In this document: piece by piece, positions 50,957 through 60,664 of the stretch | How positions within the stretch are numbered: position 1 is the stretch's first letter | Layout of the letters: each line of letters begins with the position of its first letter | From: a virus | Lineage: Duplodnaviria; Caudoviricetes | Strand: one strand, 5' to 3' | Virus record (IMG/VR): IMGVR_UViG_3300014039_000024 | Span: 21,086-85,085 of that record | DNA: 64,000 bases | Program-made: the position numbers and the translations under genes | Notes under the pieces: generated by a model | The model's database searches: none | What the model was told of the DNA's origin: nothing | The model's input: only the letters and a program-made list of their open reading frames with translations

Positions 50957-51364
50957 ATGATTACTATTTTACTTTTCGTGGTTATCCTTGCCGGTGGTAT
51001 TTTCTTAATTTATAAATTTGGCGATGAATTTAACATGGAAGGTTCCATTCTTAGTTTTGTAGGTATTGTGATTGCCGTGCTTGGCGGTTTTGCTTTTGCG
51101 ATCGGCGGAATCTATTGTATTAGCGAAGCTGTAACGAATGAAGCCAACTATAAATCTGCACTTTCTCAGCGAGAGAATCTTGAGTGGCGACTTGAACAGA
51201 CTTATACTGATAATGATAATAATATTGGCTCTACCGAACTTTATGTTGAGATTAAGGATTTCAATGCGGAGCTAATGAGCGAACGAGCATTGAGAGATAG
51301 CTTATGGACAAATTGGTTTGTTGGTGATTATGTTGAACGTGTTGAACCGATTGAATTGAAGTGA
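50957..51364 (+). CDS. Membrane protein, 135 aa
   Basis: AAGGAG RBS; two N-terminal TM helices. Confidence 0.7.
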   Translation: MITILLFVVILAGGIFLIYKFGDEFNMEGSILSFVGIVIAVLGGFAFAIGGIYCISEAVTNEANYKSALSQRENLEWRLEQTYTDNDNNIGSTELYVEIKDFNAELMSERALRDSLWTNWFVGDYVERVEPIELK

Positions 51365-51463
51365 ATAATAAGGACTTATGTTAATTCATAAGTCCTTATT
51401 TTATTTTTTTTAAAAAATATATTATAATATATATAGAAAGTTAAAGAAAGGAAAATAAAAATT

Positions 51464-51736
51464 ATGATTCAGGAACTTTGGGATTTAATTGGTAGAGACT
51501 ATTCCGACCCAGAAGATGATGAATATGCTCTCCTTTTTTCTAAGGATGATGTTCATATTGGCGATGCGGTCGAGAAGCTCTTTTCTGAAGCACAGGGTAA
51601 TTGCTGGATTCGCGATTATGATATTAGCGTTCCCTGCGTCTTTGATACTGTTGGTATTTCAATTTATATGCTAATTGTCTCTTGGATTGATAAAGATGGC
51701 TCTCTTCAGACTTTCTATCAGGAGGTGCATGCTTAA
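51464..51736 (+). CDS. Hypothetical protein, 90 aa
   Basis: Repeat promoter/leader. Confidence 0.7.
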   Translation: MIQELWDLIGRDYSDPEDDEYALLFSKDDVHIGDAVEKLFSEAQGNCWIRDYDISVPCVFDTVGISIYMLIVSWIDKDGSLQTFYQEVHA

Positions 51737-51987
51737 TGACTATGTATGTTCTTTGCCGTCATTATGATAGCAATGGCGGGGATGATACTCATGTAATTGG
51801 TCTTTTTTCTACACTTGAAAAGGCATATGAGGAAGGTAAAAAGTGGGAGAAGACTGCGGTTGAGGCTTATGAGAAGCAGGATTGGAAAAAGTATGGTATT
51901 CCAAAGCCTGCATTCACCGGTATGTTCGCTGGAACTTATGGAGATTACTATGTAAAGACTATGGATGTTGATAAGGAGACTATCTAA
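51736..51987 (+). CDS. Hypothetical protein, 83 aa
   Basis: GGAGGTG RBS, TAATG coupling. Confidence 0.7.
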   Translation: MTMYVLCRHYDSNGGDDTHVIGLFSTLEKAYEEGKKWEKTAVEAYEKQDWKKYGIPKPAFTGMFAGTYGDYYVKTMDVDKETI

Positions 51988-52304
51988 TGGTTGTAATGAT
52001 TTATGCCTATGAAAATGTCTATGGCGGACTCCATGGTATTAATACTGGTGGAGTATTTGAGGTCGAGGGTGAAGCGGAAGTCAATGATATTGGTGAATCT
52101 ATGGCCTATGATGTAATTGAATCTTACAGTCATATTTTTGAAGATTATGATTCTGAGGAAGTTGAGGAAGGCATTGAGTGGGAAGTTTGGCCTGTTCGTA
52201 ATAACACTGGGCTTTCCGTTCGTGAACTTGACCGCGAATTTGCTCGACTTGGTAGAGATCTTTTTATCGATGAGTATTGTCATGTAGATATCCATACCTC
52301 TTAA
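51987..52304 (+). CDS. Hypothetical acidic protein, 105 aa
   Basis: AAGGAG RBS, TAATG coupling. Confidence 0.7.
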   Translation: MVVMIYAYENVYGGLHGINTGGVFEVEGEAEVNDIGESMAYDVIESYSHIFEDYDSEEVEEGIEWEVWPVRNNTGLSVRELDREFARLGRDLFIDEYCHVDIHTS

Positions 52305-52372
52305 TCTTTATTGATTTTTTATAAAAAATAATATATAATATTTATAGAAAGTTAAGAAAGGGATTGATAAAT

Positions 52373-52546
52373 ATGAAAATGGTAGAAATGCCCCATACGA
52401 AGAAAGATGCCCTCGAAGCTATTGATACTATTAATAGCTATCTTGATATGTTTGATTATGCAGGAATCTTTGTTGATAATGAGCTTGATGAAATTGAGCT
52501 GGCTATGTCAATCCTTGAGGAATACATTAAGAACGTGGAGGAGTAA
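52373..52546 (+). CDS. Small acidic protein, 57 aa
   Basis: Repeat promoter/leader. Confidence 0.6.
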   Translation: MKMVEMPHTKKDALEAIDTINSYLDMFDYAGIFVDNELDEIELAMSILEEYIKNVEE

Positions 52547-52551
52547 GTAAT

Positions 52552-53154
52552 ATGTTTTATTATGTTCACTATCGTGATAACTGGGCGGACGAAATGTTTG
52601 TCGAAGGCTTCTCTATTATGGATGAAAAGAAATATGAACGCTATACCGCAACTGTAAATGCGATTGTCGCAGATATTGAGTGCGGTAGGCCATTCAGTTA
52701 TTGGATTGGTTCTAATGAGGAAATTGAATATAGTAATGTTAATGATTTTCTCAGTGCGTTCGAGGTTTCTGAATTTAGTATTATTCCCACTGATTTTGAA
52801 ATGATTTTTGGTAAACGTTTTCCTGAGTTTGGCTTCTTTCCTTTTGAGCAGATGCTTAATACTCTTGAAGAGCGAGCGGAAGAGGAGAACTCCGATGAAG
52901 ATAATGACGAAATGCGGACTGAGTATTACCGCATTGATTTCTTTGGTTCTTTAAGTCGTGAGCGTATTGGTGATCCTGTGTATATCAAGGTGAAGGGCTA
53001 TTTTGAAACCGAGATTGATGCTCAGGTTGAAGCATTTGAAGAACATTTTGCTACTGAGTATCATAAGCAGTATGGTGTGTTCTGCTATCCTGAAACCACT
53101 CAGATTTATAAAGAACTTTATGAACAGGAGATGAATCTTTATGGCAACGAGTAA
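52552..53154 (+). CDS. Hypothetical acidic protein, 200 aa
   Basis: GGAGGAG RBS. Confidence 0.7.
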   Translation: MFYYVHYRDNWADEMFVEGFSIMDEKKYERYTATVNAIVADIECGRPFSYWIGSNEEIEYSNVNDFLSAFEVSEFSIIPTDFEMIFGKRFPEFGFFPFEQMLNTLEERAEEENSDEDNDEMRTEYYRIDFFGSLSRERIGDPVYIKVKGYFETEIDAQVEAFEEHFATEYHKQYGVFCYPETTQIYKELYEQEMNLYGNE

Positions 53155-53443
53155 ATATAAGAAGTCTGCTAAGGATCTCGCTTTTGAGCGTGAGAAAACT
53201 AAACTCCAGGCACGTAATCTTCAGCTTTATCATGAGCTCGCGGAAGCCCAGAAGGAATTGGAAATCGCGAAGAAAGAGCTTGAAGAAGCTTGCACTCGTA
53301 ATACAGAACTCATCTCTTATATTGAAGAGACTACTGGTTGTTGCCCTGAGACTCTCAAGAAGGATATTAAAAACCGTGAAATGATCGCGGGTTTGCTTCG
53401 TTTTTCCTCTCAGGTTATGATGTATGGAGGTTTTGAACTGTGA
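53141..53443 (+). CDS. Coiled-coil protein, 100 aa
   Basis: AGGAG RBS; heptad pattern. Confidence 0.7.
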   Translation: MATSKYKKSAKDLAFEREKTKLQARNLQLYHELAEAQKELEIAKKELEEACTRNTELISYIEETTGCCPETLKKDIKNREMIAGLLRFSSQVMMYGGFEL

Positions 53444-53628
53444 ATCTATTCTTATGTTTTTGCTGGACTTTCTGTGTCGTGGCGAGCCTTCATGATAGAA
53501 GCTTAGGGTATACTCCTGAGTGGTTTATGGTGATTCTTCCTTGTGCAACACTTGCCCTCAATAATTTTCTTGATTGGCTTGGTAAAGAAGTAGATAAGTA
53601 TATGGAGGATCATCCCGATGATAAATAA
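53440..53628 (+). CDS. Small membrane protein, 62 aa
   Basis: GGAGG RBS, GTG start. Confidence 0.55.
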   Translation: MNLFLCFCWTFCVVASLHDRSLGYTPEWFMVILPCATLALNNFLDWLGKEVDKYMEDHPDDK

Positions 53629-53797
53629 AATAGGCGGAATCTGTTTTTGCGTCCTATGCAGTGGTGCGTGTATTAATATTATGGAAGGTGTGGGCTTAGA
53701 AATCGCTATTCCCGCGCTTCTTACTTGGGCTGTCTTAGCTATCCATTGCTTCTGGGAATCCTCCGATAAAGATAATGATAAGAAAGATCCTATGTAA
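53618..53797 (+). CDS. Small membrane protein, 59 aa
   Basis: GGAGG RBS; hydrophobic, with the same layout as 53440. Confidence 0.5.
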   Translation: MINKIGGICFCVLCSGACINIMEGVGLEIAIPALLTWAVLAIHCFWESSDKDNDKKDPM

Positions 53798-53884
53798 ACC
53801 ACAGGGTCTTTCTTTATTTTTATAAAAAAATAATATATAATATATATAGAAAGTTAAAGAGAAGATAAAAAAGGAGAGACGCTT

Positions 53885-54154
53885 ATGCTTGGTGCTGTTA
53901 ATATTCCTTCTCAAATTGAAGAAGATATCGAGAATATTTGTGTGAAGTATGGCTTTGGTGGTTTTGATGCGATGACTTGTGATGAATCCGCAGTTGATGA
54001 AATCCTCAAGTATTTCCAGGATAAGCCCGCATCCCAGCAGTGGAATCTCTCCTGCTCAACGTGGCCGAATAAGAAAGGCGGAGCTTGCTTTATCTCTTGG
54101 ATTGAGAATGGTCATCTGTGTGGTTATGGTTTTGATTATCTGATGGAAGATTAA
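53885..54154 (+). CDS. Hypothetical protein, 89 aa
   Basis: Repeat promoter/leader, AAGGAG RBS. Confidence 0.7.
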   Translation: MLGAVNIPSQIEEDIENICVKYGFGGFDAMTCDESAVDEILKYFQDKPASQQWNLSCSTWPNKKGGACFISWIENGHLCGYGFDYLMED

Positions 54155-54174
54155 ATTTATGGAGGTTTTAAAGT

Positions 54175-54897
54175 ATGGTAGCTCCGAGTTTTCAATCATA
54201 TAAAGTAATCGGTGATGTTTATACCTCCGGCGGTAAAAAGTATATTCAGGTCCAGCATCCCCGAACCCTCAATGTGAGACAAGTAAGATGGTATGATGAC
54301 GTGGAGTATGCCAAGCTTTATCCGGAAAAAACCCAAGAGGTAGCAACTAAGATGGCACCGCATCGTCAGGTATTAGGATTTGGTGATGCAGGTTATATCA
54401 CGATCTTCAAAGGCAATTGCGATGAAGAGAATGATTGGTTTAAAATGAGTCCTGCGCGCTATACACGATTGTGGGGTTGGTATTTTCGCTCGTGCGATGA
54501 GATTCCCGCAGATTTGCCCGCGGACGTTGAACCGATTCGTCTCGATTGGGATAAAGTGGGTGGGGCAGATGGCGAACTTTACCGCGAAGAAGTGGTAAAG
54601 CACGCGGTTGACGCCCTTGTGTATGACGAGAGTCTAGCACAGTGGATCGGGAATATTGGCGACCGCATTGATATCAATGCCACTATTGATAATAAATATG
54701 CTCTCGAAGGTAAATATGGTCATGCGATTGTTTACTCTATGAGCGACGCGGAAGGTAATCAATTTATGTGGGTTACTTCATCTAAGGTGGATTGGTCTGT
54801 TGGAAACACTTATCATATTCGCGGAACTGTGAAATCGCAAGATGTTCGCAAAAACGTAAAGATTAATACATTAACAAGATGTAGTGAGGTAAAATAA
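54175..54897 (+). CDS. Hypothetical protein with probable C-terminal OB-fold, 240 aa
   Basis: GGAGG RBS; IGNIGDRIDI...YSMSD...YHIRGTVK...NTLTRC pattern. Confidence 0.65.
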   Translation: MVAPSFQSYKVIGDVYTSGGKKYIQVQHPRTLNVRQVRWYDDVEYAKLYPEKTQEVATKMAPHRQVLGFGDAGYITIFKGNCDEENDWFKMSPARYTRLWGWYFRSCDEIPADLPADVEPIRLDWDKVGGADGELYREEVVKHAVDALVYDESLAQWIGNIGDRIDINATIDNKYALEGKYGHAIVYSMSDAEGNQFMWVTSSKVDWSVGNTYHIRGTVKSQDVRKNVKINTLTRCSEVK

Positions 54898-55070
54898 TGA
54901 CTAATAAGATTTATTGTGCGTATGATACGCTGAATCCCACTTTGAATCCTGATGGGACAGAGAAGCACTGGTGCGACTATTACAATAGTTACATTTGTCT
55001 CAAGTGTTCTTCTCGATTTGATGGTGATCGTATCAAAAATTATATGGAAAATAATCCGAAGGAGCATTAA
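54897..55070 (+). CDS. Small Cys-containing protein, 57 aa
   Basis: GAGG RBS, TAATG coupling. Confidence 0.5.
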   Translation: MTNKIYCAYDTLNPTLNPDGTEKHWCDYYNSYICLKCSSRFDGDRIKNYMENNPKEH

Positions 55071-55073
55071 ATT

Positions 55074-55748
55074 ATGAAGAAATTTGTTTGTGGTATTCTT
55101 ACGATTATTCTTTGCCTTTCTTTGACTGCGTGCGGTCGTGGTCCAGAAGCAGTTACAGTGACCGCGGAGCCCGAGGAAGGCGATATCAAACTTTCTTTCC
55201 TTGCTACATTCTATGATAACTATGGCAAGCAATGGCTTCAGTGTGAAGGCGAGACATTTGATATTAAGCCTAACAAGGTAAAGGAATGGGCTTATGACAC
55301 AAGTGGTAGTTGGGTCAGCACTTATTCCCTTTCGTCGGTTGTAAGTATTGATATTGATGGCAGAAATATTGAGAGTTGCGGTTCTACCATTATCTTTGCG
55401 GATAGTCGACTTACTCAGTATGATGTAGATATTCCCGCGGAAACCTCGACTACAAGTGGCGATGGGGCTAGCATTTCCGCACCTAGCGACCGCAGTTGGA
55501 GCGAATACTGGGATTTGTCTTGGTGGTATTGGAAGTCTAAAAACGTGAATAATGCGGATTCTGGCAGTAAGATTGTAGTAATTCAGTCTCAGATGGGCGA
55601 CCCCATTTGTATGTTTATGGGTGATGAAGTCTCTTGGGATATTCCGCGTAATTTGCCGAAGACTACTGAATTACTGATTGATGGTAAGGCAGTGTATATT
55701 CATCGTGCGAATTTTGCAATTATTGATACCACTTTATTTGACAATTAA
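55074..55748 (+). CDS. DUF5052-like lipoprotein, 224 aa
   Basis: Lipobox LTACG; VVIQSQMGDPI...LPKTTELLIDGKAVYIHRANF. Confidence 0.65.
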   Translation: MKKFVCGILTIILCLSLTACGRGPEAVTVTAEPEEGDIKLSFLATFYDNYGKQWLQCEGETFDIKPNKVKEWAYDTSGSWVSTYSLSSVVSIDIDGRNIESCGSTIIFADSRLTQYDVDIPAETSTTSGDGASISAPSDRSWSEYWDLSWWYWKSKNVNNADSGSKIVVIQSQMGDPICMFMGDEVSWDIPRNLPKTTELLIDGKAVYIHRANFAIIDTTLFDN

Positions 55749-55831
55749 ATAATTAAAAAGTCCTTTTTTGATTTTTTATATTTATTATTATATAATATTT
55801 ATAGAAAGTTAAGAAAGGACTTATTTTTTAT

Positions 55832-56116
55832 ATGAATTATAATGTTAAGCCTGTTGTATATCATGACCAGTTCGTTGAATGGCTCCATGCTACTTTCCCT
55901 GATTGGACTGAGGATGATATAAATGATGTTTTGGAATTTCTTCTTGATTATAATAATTATGTAGAGATTCATTTCGTTGATAACGATGAAGATCTGTCTA
56001 CCTGCGACGAAGATGAGTTTGAAATCTTTGCCAATGTGAACCGCGTTTATGCGGAACTCCGCAATTTCTTTTTTGATACTGATTATACAAGCATGCTTGT
56101 ATGTTGCGACTGGTAA
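55832..56116 (+). CDS. Hypothetical acidic protein, 94 aa
   Basis: Repeat promoter/leader. Confidence 0.65.
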   Translation: MNYNVKPVVYHDQFVEWLHATFPDWTEDDINDVLEFLLDYNNYVEIHFVDNDEDLSTCDEDEFEIFANVNRVYAELRNFFFDTDYTSMLVCCDW

Positions 56117-56185
56117 GATCTTTTTGACATTTTATAAAAAATAAGTTATAATATTTATAGAAAATAAGAAAAGAGGTTACTTGCA

Positions 56186-56422
56186 ATGAAGTATTATTAT
56201 ATAGTTCATACCGCAGGCTCAGAAAAGGAAGAATTTCAAGGAACAATGGTAGCCTCTGACTATTGGGAAGCAATTAAACGTATTGTAGATTTTTATAAAT
56301 ACGATATTGCTTTTGCTGAAATTATTATTACTGATGAAAAAACCGCTCCTTACTTTGAAGCAAAAATTACATTTAGTCATCAGGCAATTTGTGATATATT
56401 AGGAGAAGACGACAATGATTAA
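56186..56422 (+). CDS. Hypothetical protein, 78 aa
   Basis: Own promoter, AAGAGG RBS. Confidence 0.65.
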   Translation: MKYYYIVHTAGSEKEEFQGTMVASDYWEAIKRIVDFYKYDIAFAEIIITDEKTAPYFEAKITFSHQAICDILGEDDND

Positions 56423-56690
56423 GAGAGTAATTGCAGTTCATAGTGAAAACTATGGCTTGATGTTTTGTACGGCAACTGAAACTTGGACGGTAAAGAATTT
56501 TATTACCCATTTGGCGAATCCGCACGAGGATCGTTATGATATCCGTGAGGTTTGGGAAGTTGACTATCCCGAGGACAGTATTCATTCTCATCTAATGAGT
56601 ATCCTTATTGAGAAAGATAAAGATGGTAAGGCGCACACTGAATTTGATTTCTTTTGGAATGATAAGAATACAAGTAAGTGGGTGGCATAA
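56415..56690 (+). CDS. Hypothetical protein, 91 aa
   Basis: AGGAG RBS. Confidence 0.65.
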   Translation: MIKRVIAVHSENYGLMFCTATETWTVKNFITHLANPHEDRYDIREVWEVDYPEDSIHSHLMSILIEKDKDGKAHTEFDFFWNDKNTSKWVA

Positions 56691-56692
56691 TA

Positions 56693-56854
56693 ATGGATAG
56701 TTTGTTTATGTGTTATGCAAATCATACTGAAGAACTCGAAAGAATTATCAATGAGATTTGTGCAGGTGCAGCAAGCTTTCAGACTGAACTCACTTTGACC
56801 AATAGCGATATGGAATATATCCGACGAGAAGTGGAGAGAAGACTAAATGGTTGA
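56693..56854 (+). CDS. Small hypothetical protein, 53 aa
   Basis: Fills the gap between neighbours; TGA overlaps the next start. Confidence 0.5.
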   Translation: MDSLFMCYANHTEELERIINEICAGAASFQTELTLTNSDMEYIRREVERRLNG

Positions 56855-58226
56855 GACAAATGTAATGGGAATTTATAAATTCCCCGTTGAAACTTTTGAA
56901 AAGTTTTTAGAAGACTTTAACCAAGCAGTTACTAATAATAAGTATTATAAACTTAATTATAACTATTGGCGTAAACTAAAGACTTCTAATAACAGTATCA
57001 AAATTACTATTAAGCTTGACCTTGCTGGTAAATTTTATTTTACCATTTGTCCTAATGTTTATAACTTAGATTCTTTCTGGTGTGATGCTGATGATGGGTC
57101 TTTCGGAGAATACTTGATTGATAATGTCTGTAAGATTTTTAAAGACAATTATGTGATTGAATGTTCTGAGGAGTTCTCCGAGTATAGGCGGAAAAGATTT
57201 CTCGAACAGAACAATATTAAAACAGAAGTAAAAAATTCTAACTATGTCAAAGTTTATGATAAGGGTAATGGTTGGGATGCTGAATTCTCTTGTAGTAATT
57301 CTATTACTGATGGAGATCTCAAAAAGATTATCGCGAGAGTAGAACCCACAGAAACTGCGTCTACTACAGTAGTTAATACTGATTCCGCGGTCACTGGTAA
57401 AGTATCTGATAGAACTCTTGCTTGGGATGGTTCAAAGTGGGAGATAATTGCTCCCATTCCAACTCTTACTGATGCAGTCACAACTATTAAAGACAGATGT
57501 GTAACTATTGATGATGACTATATTAATAGTCGAATTCATAACGCAATTGATAAAGCTCTGAGTGAACAGAATACATTTAACAATGATGATGATAAGAAAG
57601 GAAATAAGAAAATGAAGGCGTTTAATTTTGATTTTGGCCCCTGCACTAATGATAACATTCGTATGTCTATGTATGGTCTGGCTGTAAAGAACGCAAACGG
57701 CACTTGGGTTTCTTATAACCCCGAAAGCAAGGAGATTATCGACGTTGATATTTTCAACTTTAATGGCGGTAAGTTTCTTTACAAGATGCCTGTTGCCATT
57801 AAGGATATCGCCCCCGGTATGGTTATTGTTCATAACCGCAAGGCTATGTTTGTAACTGAGGCCGGCGATAGTGGTATCACGGTTGTTGATCCGCAGGCTG
57901 GTGAAGAGAAGAAGATTCTTCCCACGAAGAATTGTTTCAACTTTAATTTCTATACTCGTGTTGTTTCTCTGTTTGATTTTTTCATGAAGACTCCTGAGAA
58001 TACACCGAGCGCGGAGAATCCGTTCGGCAATATGCTCCCCTTTCTTATGATGAGCGAGAATGGTGGAGATATTGATATGAATACTATGCTGATGCTTTCT
58101 ATGATGGGTGGCCAGACTGGTATGGATTTCTCCAAGAATCCTATGATGATGTATTTCCTTATGAAGGATACTAAGAATGCGGATGATCTTCTTCCGCTCA
58201 TGTTCATGGGTAATCTTTGTAAGTAA
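56847..58226 (+). CDS. Hypothetical protein, 459 aa, Met-rich C-terminus; probable internal start at 57612
   Basis: GGAG RBS; internal AAGAAAGGA then ATG AAG GCG; C-terminal NPFGNMLPFLMM, MLMLSMMG and NPMMMYFLM repeats. Confidence 0.7.
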   Translation: MVETNVMGIYKFPVETFEKFLEDFNQAVTNNKYYKLNYNYWRKLKTSNNSIKITIKLDLAGKFYFTICPNVYNLDSFWCDADDGSFGEYLIDNVCKIFKDNYVIECSEEFSEYRRKRFLEQNNIKTEVKNSNYVKVYDKGNGWDAEFSCSNSITDGDLKKIIARVEPTETASTTVVNTDSAVTGKVSDRTLAWDGSKWEIIAPIPTLTDAVTTIKDRCVTIDDDYINSRIHNAIDKALSEQNTFNNDDDKKGNKKMKAFNFDFGPCTNDNIRMSMYGLAVKNANGTWVSYNPESKEIIDVDIFNFNGGKFLYKMPVAIKDIAPGMVIVHNRKAMFVTEAGDSGITVVDPQAGEEKKILPTKNCFNFNFYTRVVSLFDFFMKTPENTPSAENPFGNMLPFLMMSENGGDIDMNTMLMLSMMGGQTGMDFSKNPMMMYFLMKDTKNADDLLPLMFMGNLCK

Positions 58227-58357
58227 ATATAATAAAACCCCTTTCGGAAGAAAGCCCTTTGATTGACCGCAAAGGGCTTTCTTTATTTTTATAAAAAAAT
58301 ATAATATAATATATATATAAGGTTAAGAAAGATATATGAAAAAGAGGTTGATAAGAT

Positions 58358-59977
58358 ATGACTAATTTATATGAGATTCTTACCGAGGAAGATCGTGAGA
58401 AAATTGAGTGGTATATTCGTGAATATGCAGGCCTTGATGGAGGATGCACTGATATGACCGCAGGTCTTAAGTATGTTCTTCGCTATTGGGATGATAGCAA
58501 AAAGACTCTTTATAAGATGTTGGATAGTAATCTCACAATCTCTCGTCATGTAAATTACGTTCGTTGTTCTGATGACATGGACGATGATTTTCGTAAGTAT
58601 TTTACCAATTATGGCGCTTCTGGTAGAACATTTCGCGAAGCATTCATCAATAAGATTGGTGAATTGACTTGTAAAACTATTATGACCAGTAGTCAGTATT
58701 TTGATTTGAATTCCATGATGTATTGTGATGACTTGTTCGGCAATATCTACAATGGCGATTCTTTTAAACTCTCTTATGAGGGTAAGACTCTTATGGTCAA
58801 TCATGGTATGAAAATTGGTAAGTTGCTCGGTAAGTTGTGTGATATTCTTGATCTTGACCGTGGTGAATATGAAGAGTTTCGTATTGCTCATTCTCAGTTT
58901 CTTAATCAGAAAACTCTTTCTGGCGAACTTTGTTTAACTATTCATCCGCTTGACTTTATGACTATGAGTGATAATGATTGCGGTTGGAACTCCTGTATGA
59001 GATGGCAGGAAGGCGGTGGTGAGTATCGTCAGGGCACCGTTGAAATGATGAATTCTCCCATTGTTCTTGAAGCTTATCTCAAGTCTAATGAGGATATGGA
59101 GCTTTGGCGTCAGGGTGGTAAATCCGTAAGCTGGAATAGCAAACGTTGGCGCGAACTTTTCATTGTTAGTGATAAGCTCATTCTTGGTATCAAGGGTTAT
59201 CCTTATGAGAATGAAGACCTTGAGGGCATTTGCCTTTCTTGGATTAAGGAACTTGCTGAAAAGAATCTTGGTTATGGTCCTTATACTAAGTATCTGAATA
59301 AGGTTCAGAATAATTGTTATAATAATATCGCAGAACTAAATGTAAACTCTAGAATCTACTTTCAGATTGACACTAACTTCATGTATAATGATGTTTATAG
59401 TGATCACAATGCTTATGTTTCTACTAAGATTGAGCTTGATGAAGATGATACAGGAATAGTTGAGCTTAATTATTCTGGCGAATGCGAGTGTATGTGTTGC
59501 GGTGAGCCCCTTGAAGATTATCTCCTCGATGATAGAGAAAATACCGCAGATCAGCTCGTATGTGCTAGTTGTTCCGGTGCAGTGAGATGCGATAAGTGCA
59601 ATGACATTGTTGATGTTGAAAGAACTTATGATGTTAATGGTTTGACTTATTGCGAGTATTGTTATGATGAATCTACTACCACGTGTCCTTGTTGCGGTGT
59701 TCGTAAGGATCTCGATGATATGGATTTGATTCGCCTCCGCTTTAAGAAGAAGGCGAGTGGCCTTTATAAAGATATCTGCTATACCTGTTGCCGAGATGGT
59801 AGCGTTAAGAAATTTTTCACTGGTGAGATCGAAAAAGAAGAGAAGATGTGGGATGTAAACTATTATGTTGATGGCGAAACTCTTACTGAGGAAGGTAAGG
59901 AAGCCTTTGGCATTGATGAAGATGATTATAAGTTTTGGCTCGAAGGTCAAAATCCCAATCAGAGATATGTCTTTTGA
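58358..59977 (+). CDS. Conserved phage protein with HPLDF..S.N..W.SC core and C-terminal CxxC ribbons, paralogue 1, 539 aa
   Basis: Own promoter, GAGG RBS; aligns by eye with 62493-63920. Confidence 0.75.
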   Translation: MTNLYEILTEEDREKIEWYIREYAGLDGGCTDMTAGLKYVLRYWDDSKKTLYKMLDSNLTISRHVNYVRCSDDMDDDFRKYFTNYGASGRTFREAFINKIGELTCKTIMTSSQYFDLNSMMYCDDLFGNIYNGDSFKLSYEGKTLMVNHGMKIGKLLGKLCDILDLDRGEYEEFRIAHSQFLNQKTLSGELCLTIHPLDFMTMSDNDCGWNSCMRWQEGGGEYRQGTVEMMNSPIVLEAYLKSNEDMELWRQGGKSVSWNSKRWRELFIVSDKLILGIKGYPYENEDLEGICLSWIKELAEKNLGYGPYTKYLNKVQNNCYNNIAELNVNSRIYFQIDTNFMYNDVYSDHNAYVSTKIELDEDDTGIVELNYSGECECMCCGEPLEDYLLDDRENTADQLVCASCSGAVRCDKCNDIVDVERTYDVNGLTYCEYCYDESTTTCPCCGVRKDLDDMDLIRLRFKKKASGLYKDICYTCCRDGSVKKFFTGEIEKEEKMWDVNYYVDGETLTEEGKEAFGIDEDDYKFWLEGQNPNQRYVF

Positions 59978-60075
59978 TTTTTAAAAAAAAATAATATATA
60001 ATATATATGTAAGGTAAAGGAAGAGAGACTTCCTAAAAATAAAAATTGTTTTTAATGAAAGGTTAAGGTAAAATT

Positions 60076-60492
60076 ATGACTACTGAGGTTAAGGTTTCTA
60101 AGCGTGATTATTTGAACGCGATTATCGGTGCTATGAAGACTGGCGAGATTGCCTATCCGCCCGAAGATGTTATTGCTTTTTGTGAGCATGAGATTGAGCT
60201 TCTTGATAAGAAGACTGCAAAGGCTAAGGAGCGTGCTGAGGCTAAGCGTGCTGAAGGTGATGAGCTGACTGAGCAGATTTATGGTATTCTCTCTGGTGAT
60301 GAGTTTATGACTATTCCTGAGATTGTCAAGGCTCTTGGTGATGAGGAAATTTCTGCACAGCGTGCCAGTTATCGTCTTCGCACTCTTGTAAGTGAGAACC
60401 GCGCAGAAAAGACTGAGGTTTCTGTTGCTGGCACTGATGGTGGTAAGGCGTCTAAGAAAGTGGCATACCGCAAAATCGCTTTCGAGGACTAA
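60076..60492 (+). CDS. Winged-helix DNA-binding protein, distant paralogue C, 138 aa
   Basis: SKRDY...FCEHEIELLDKK matches TKRDR...FINHEIELLAKK; SAQRASYRLRTLV matches SNQRVSALLRQM. Confidence 0.65.
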   Translation: MTTEVKVSKRDYLNAIIGAMKTGEIAYPPEDVIAFCEHEIELLDKKTAKAKERAEAKRAEGDELTEQIYGILSGDEFMTIPEIVKALGDEEISAQRASYRLRTLVSENRAEKTEVSVAGTDGGKASKKVAYRKIAFED

Positions 60493-60664
60493 GAACTAAA
60501 TGATTGAATGGACTGAAAGTTTTTTCAGTCCATTTTTTCTTATCATCTGCTCCGACCGGTGCTGGTCGCATACACCGAAGGCCCAAAAGAAAAAAGCCGT
60601 TTAGAATTTTCTTGACAAAATTGGAGTTTTTTGTTATAATTATATTATAAAGGAGTGATATAAT

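Larger units (their letters stand above)
48966..55818 (+). repeat. Dispersed promoter/leader repeat TATAATATWTATAGAAAGTTAA(A)GAAAGG
   Basis: Near-identical copies with -10 at 48989, 51423, 52334, 53836 and 55791; looser copies at 56147, 58305 and 59997. Confidence 0.8.

Noticed and set aside
60545-60580. GACCGGTGCTGGTC hairpin as a ninth module
   Set aside because: Short stem, not 27 nt, no flanking AATT/AGTTT tail and no adjacent -10 in the module geometry.
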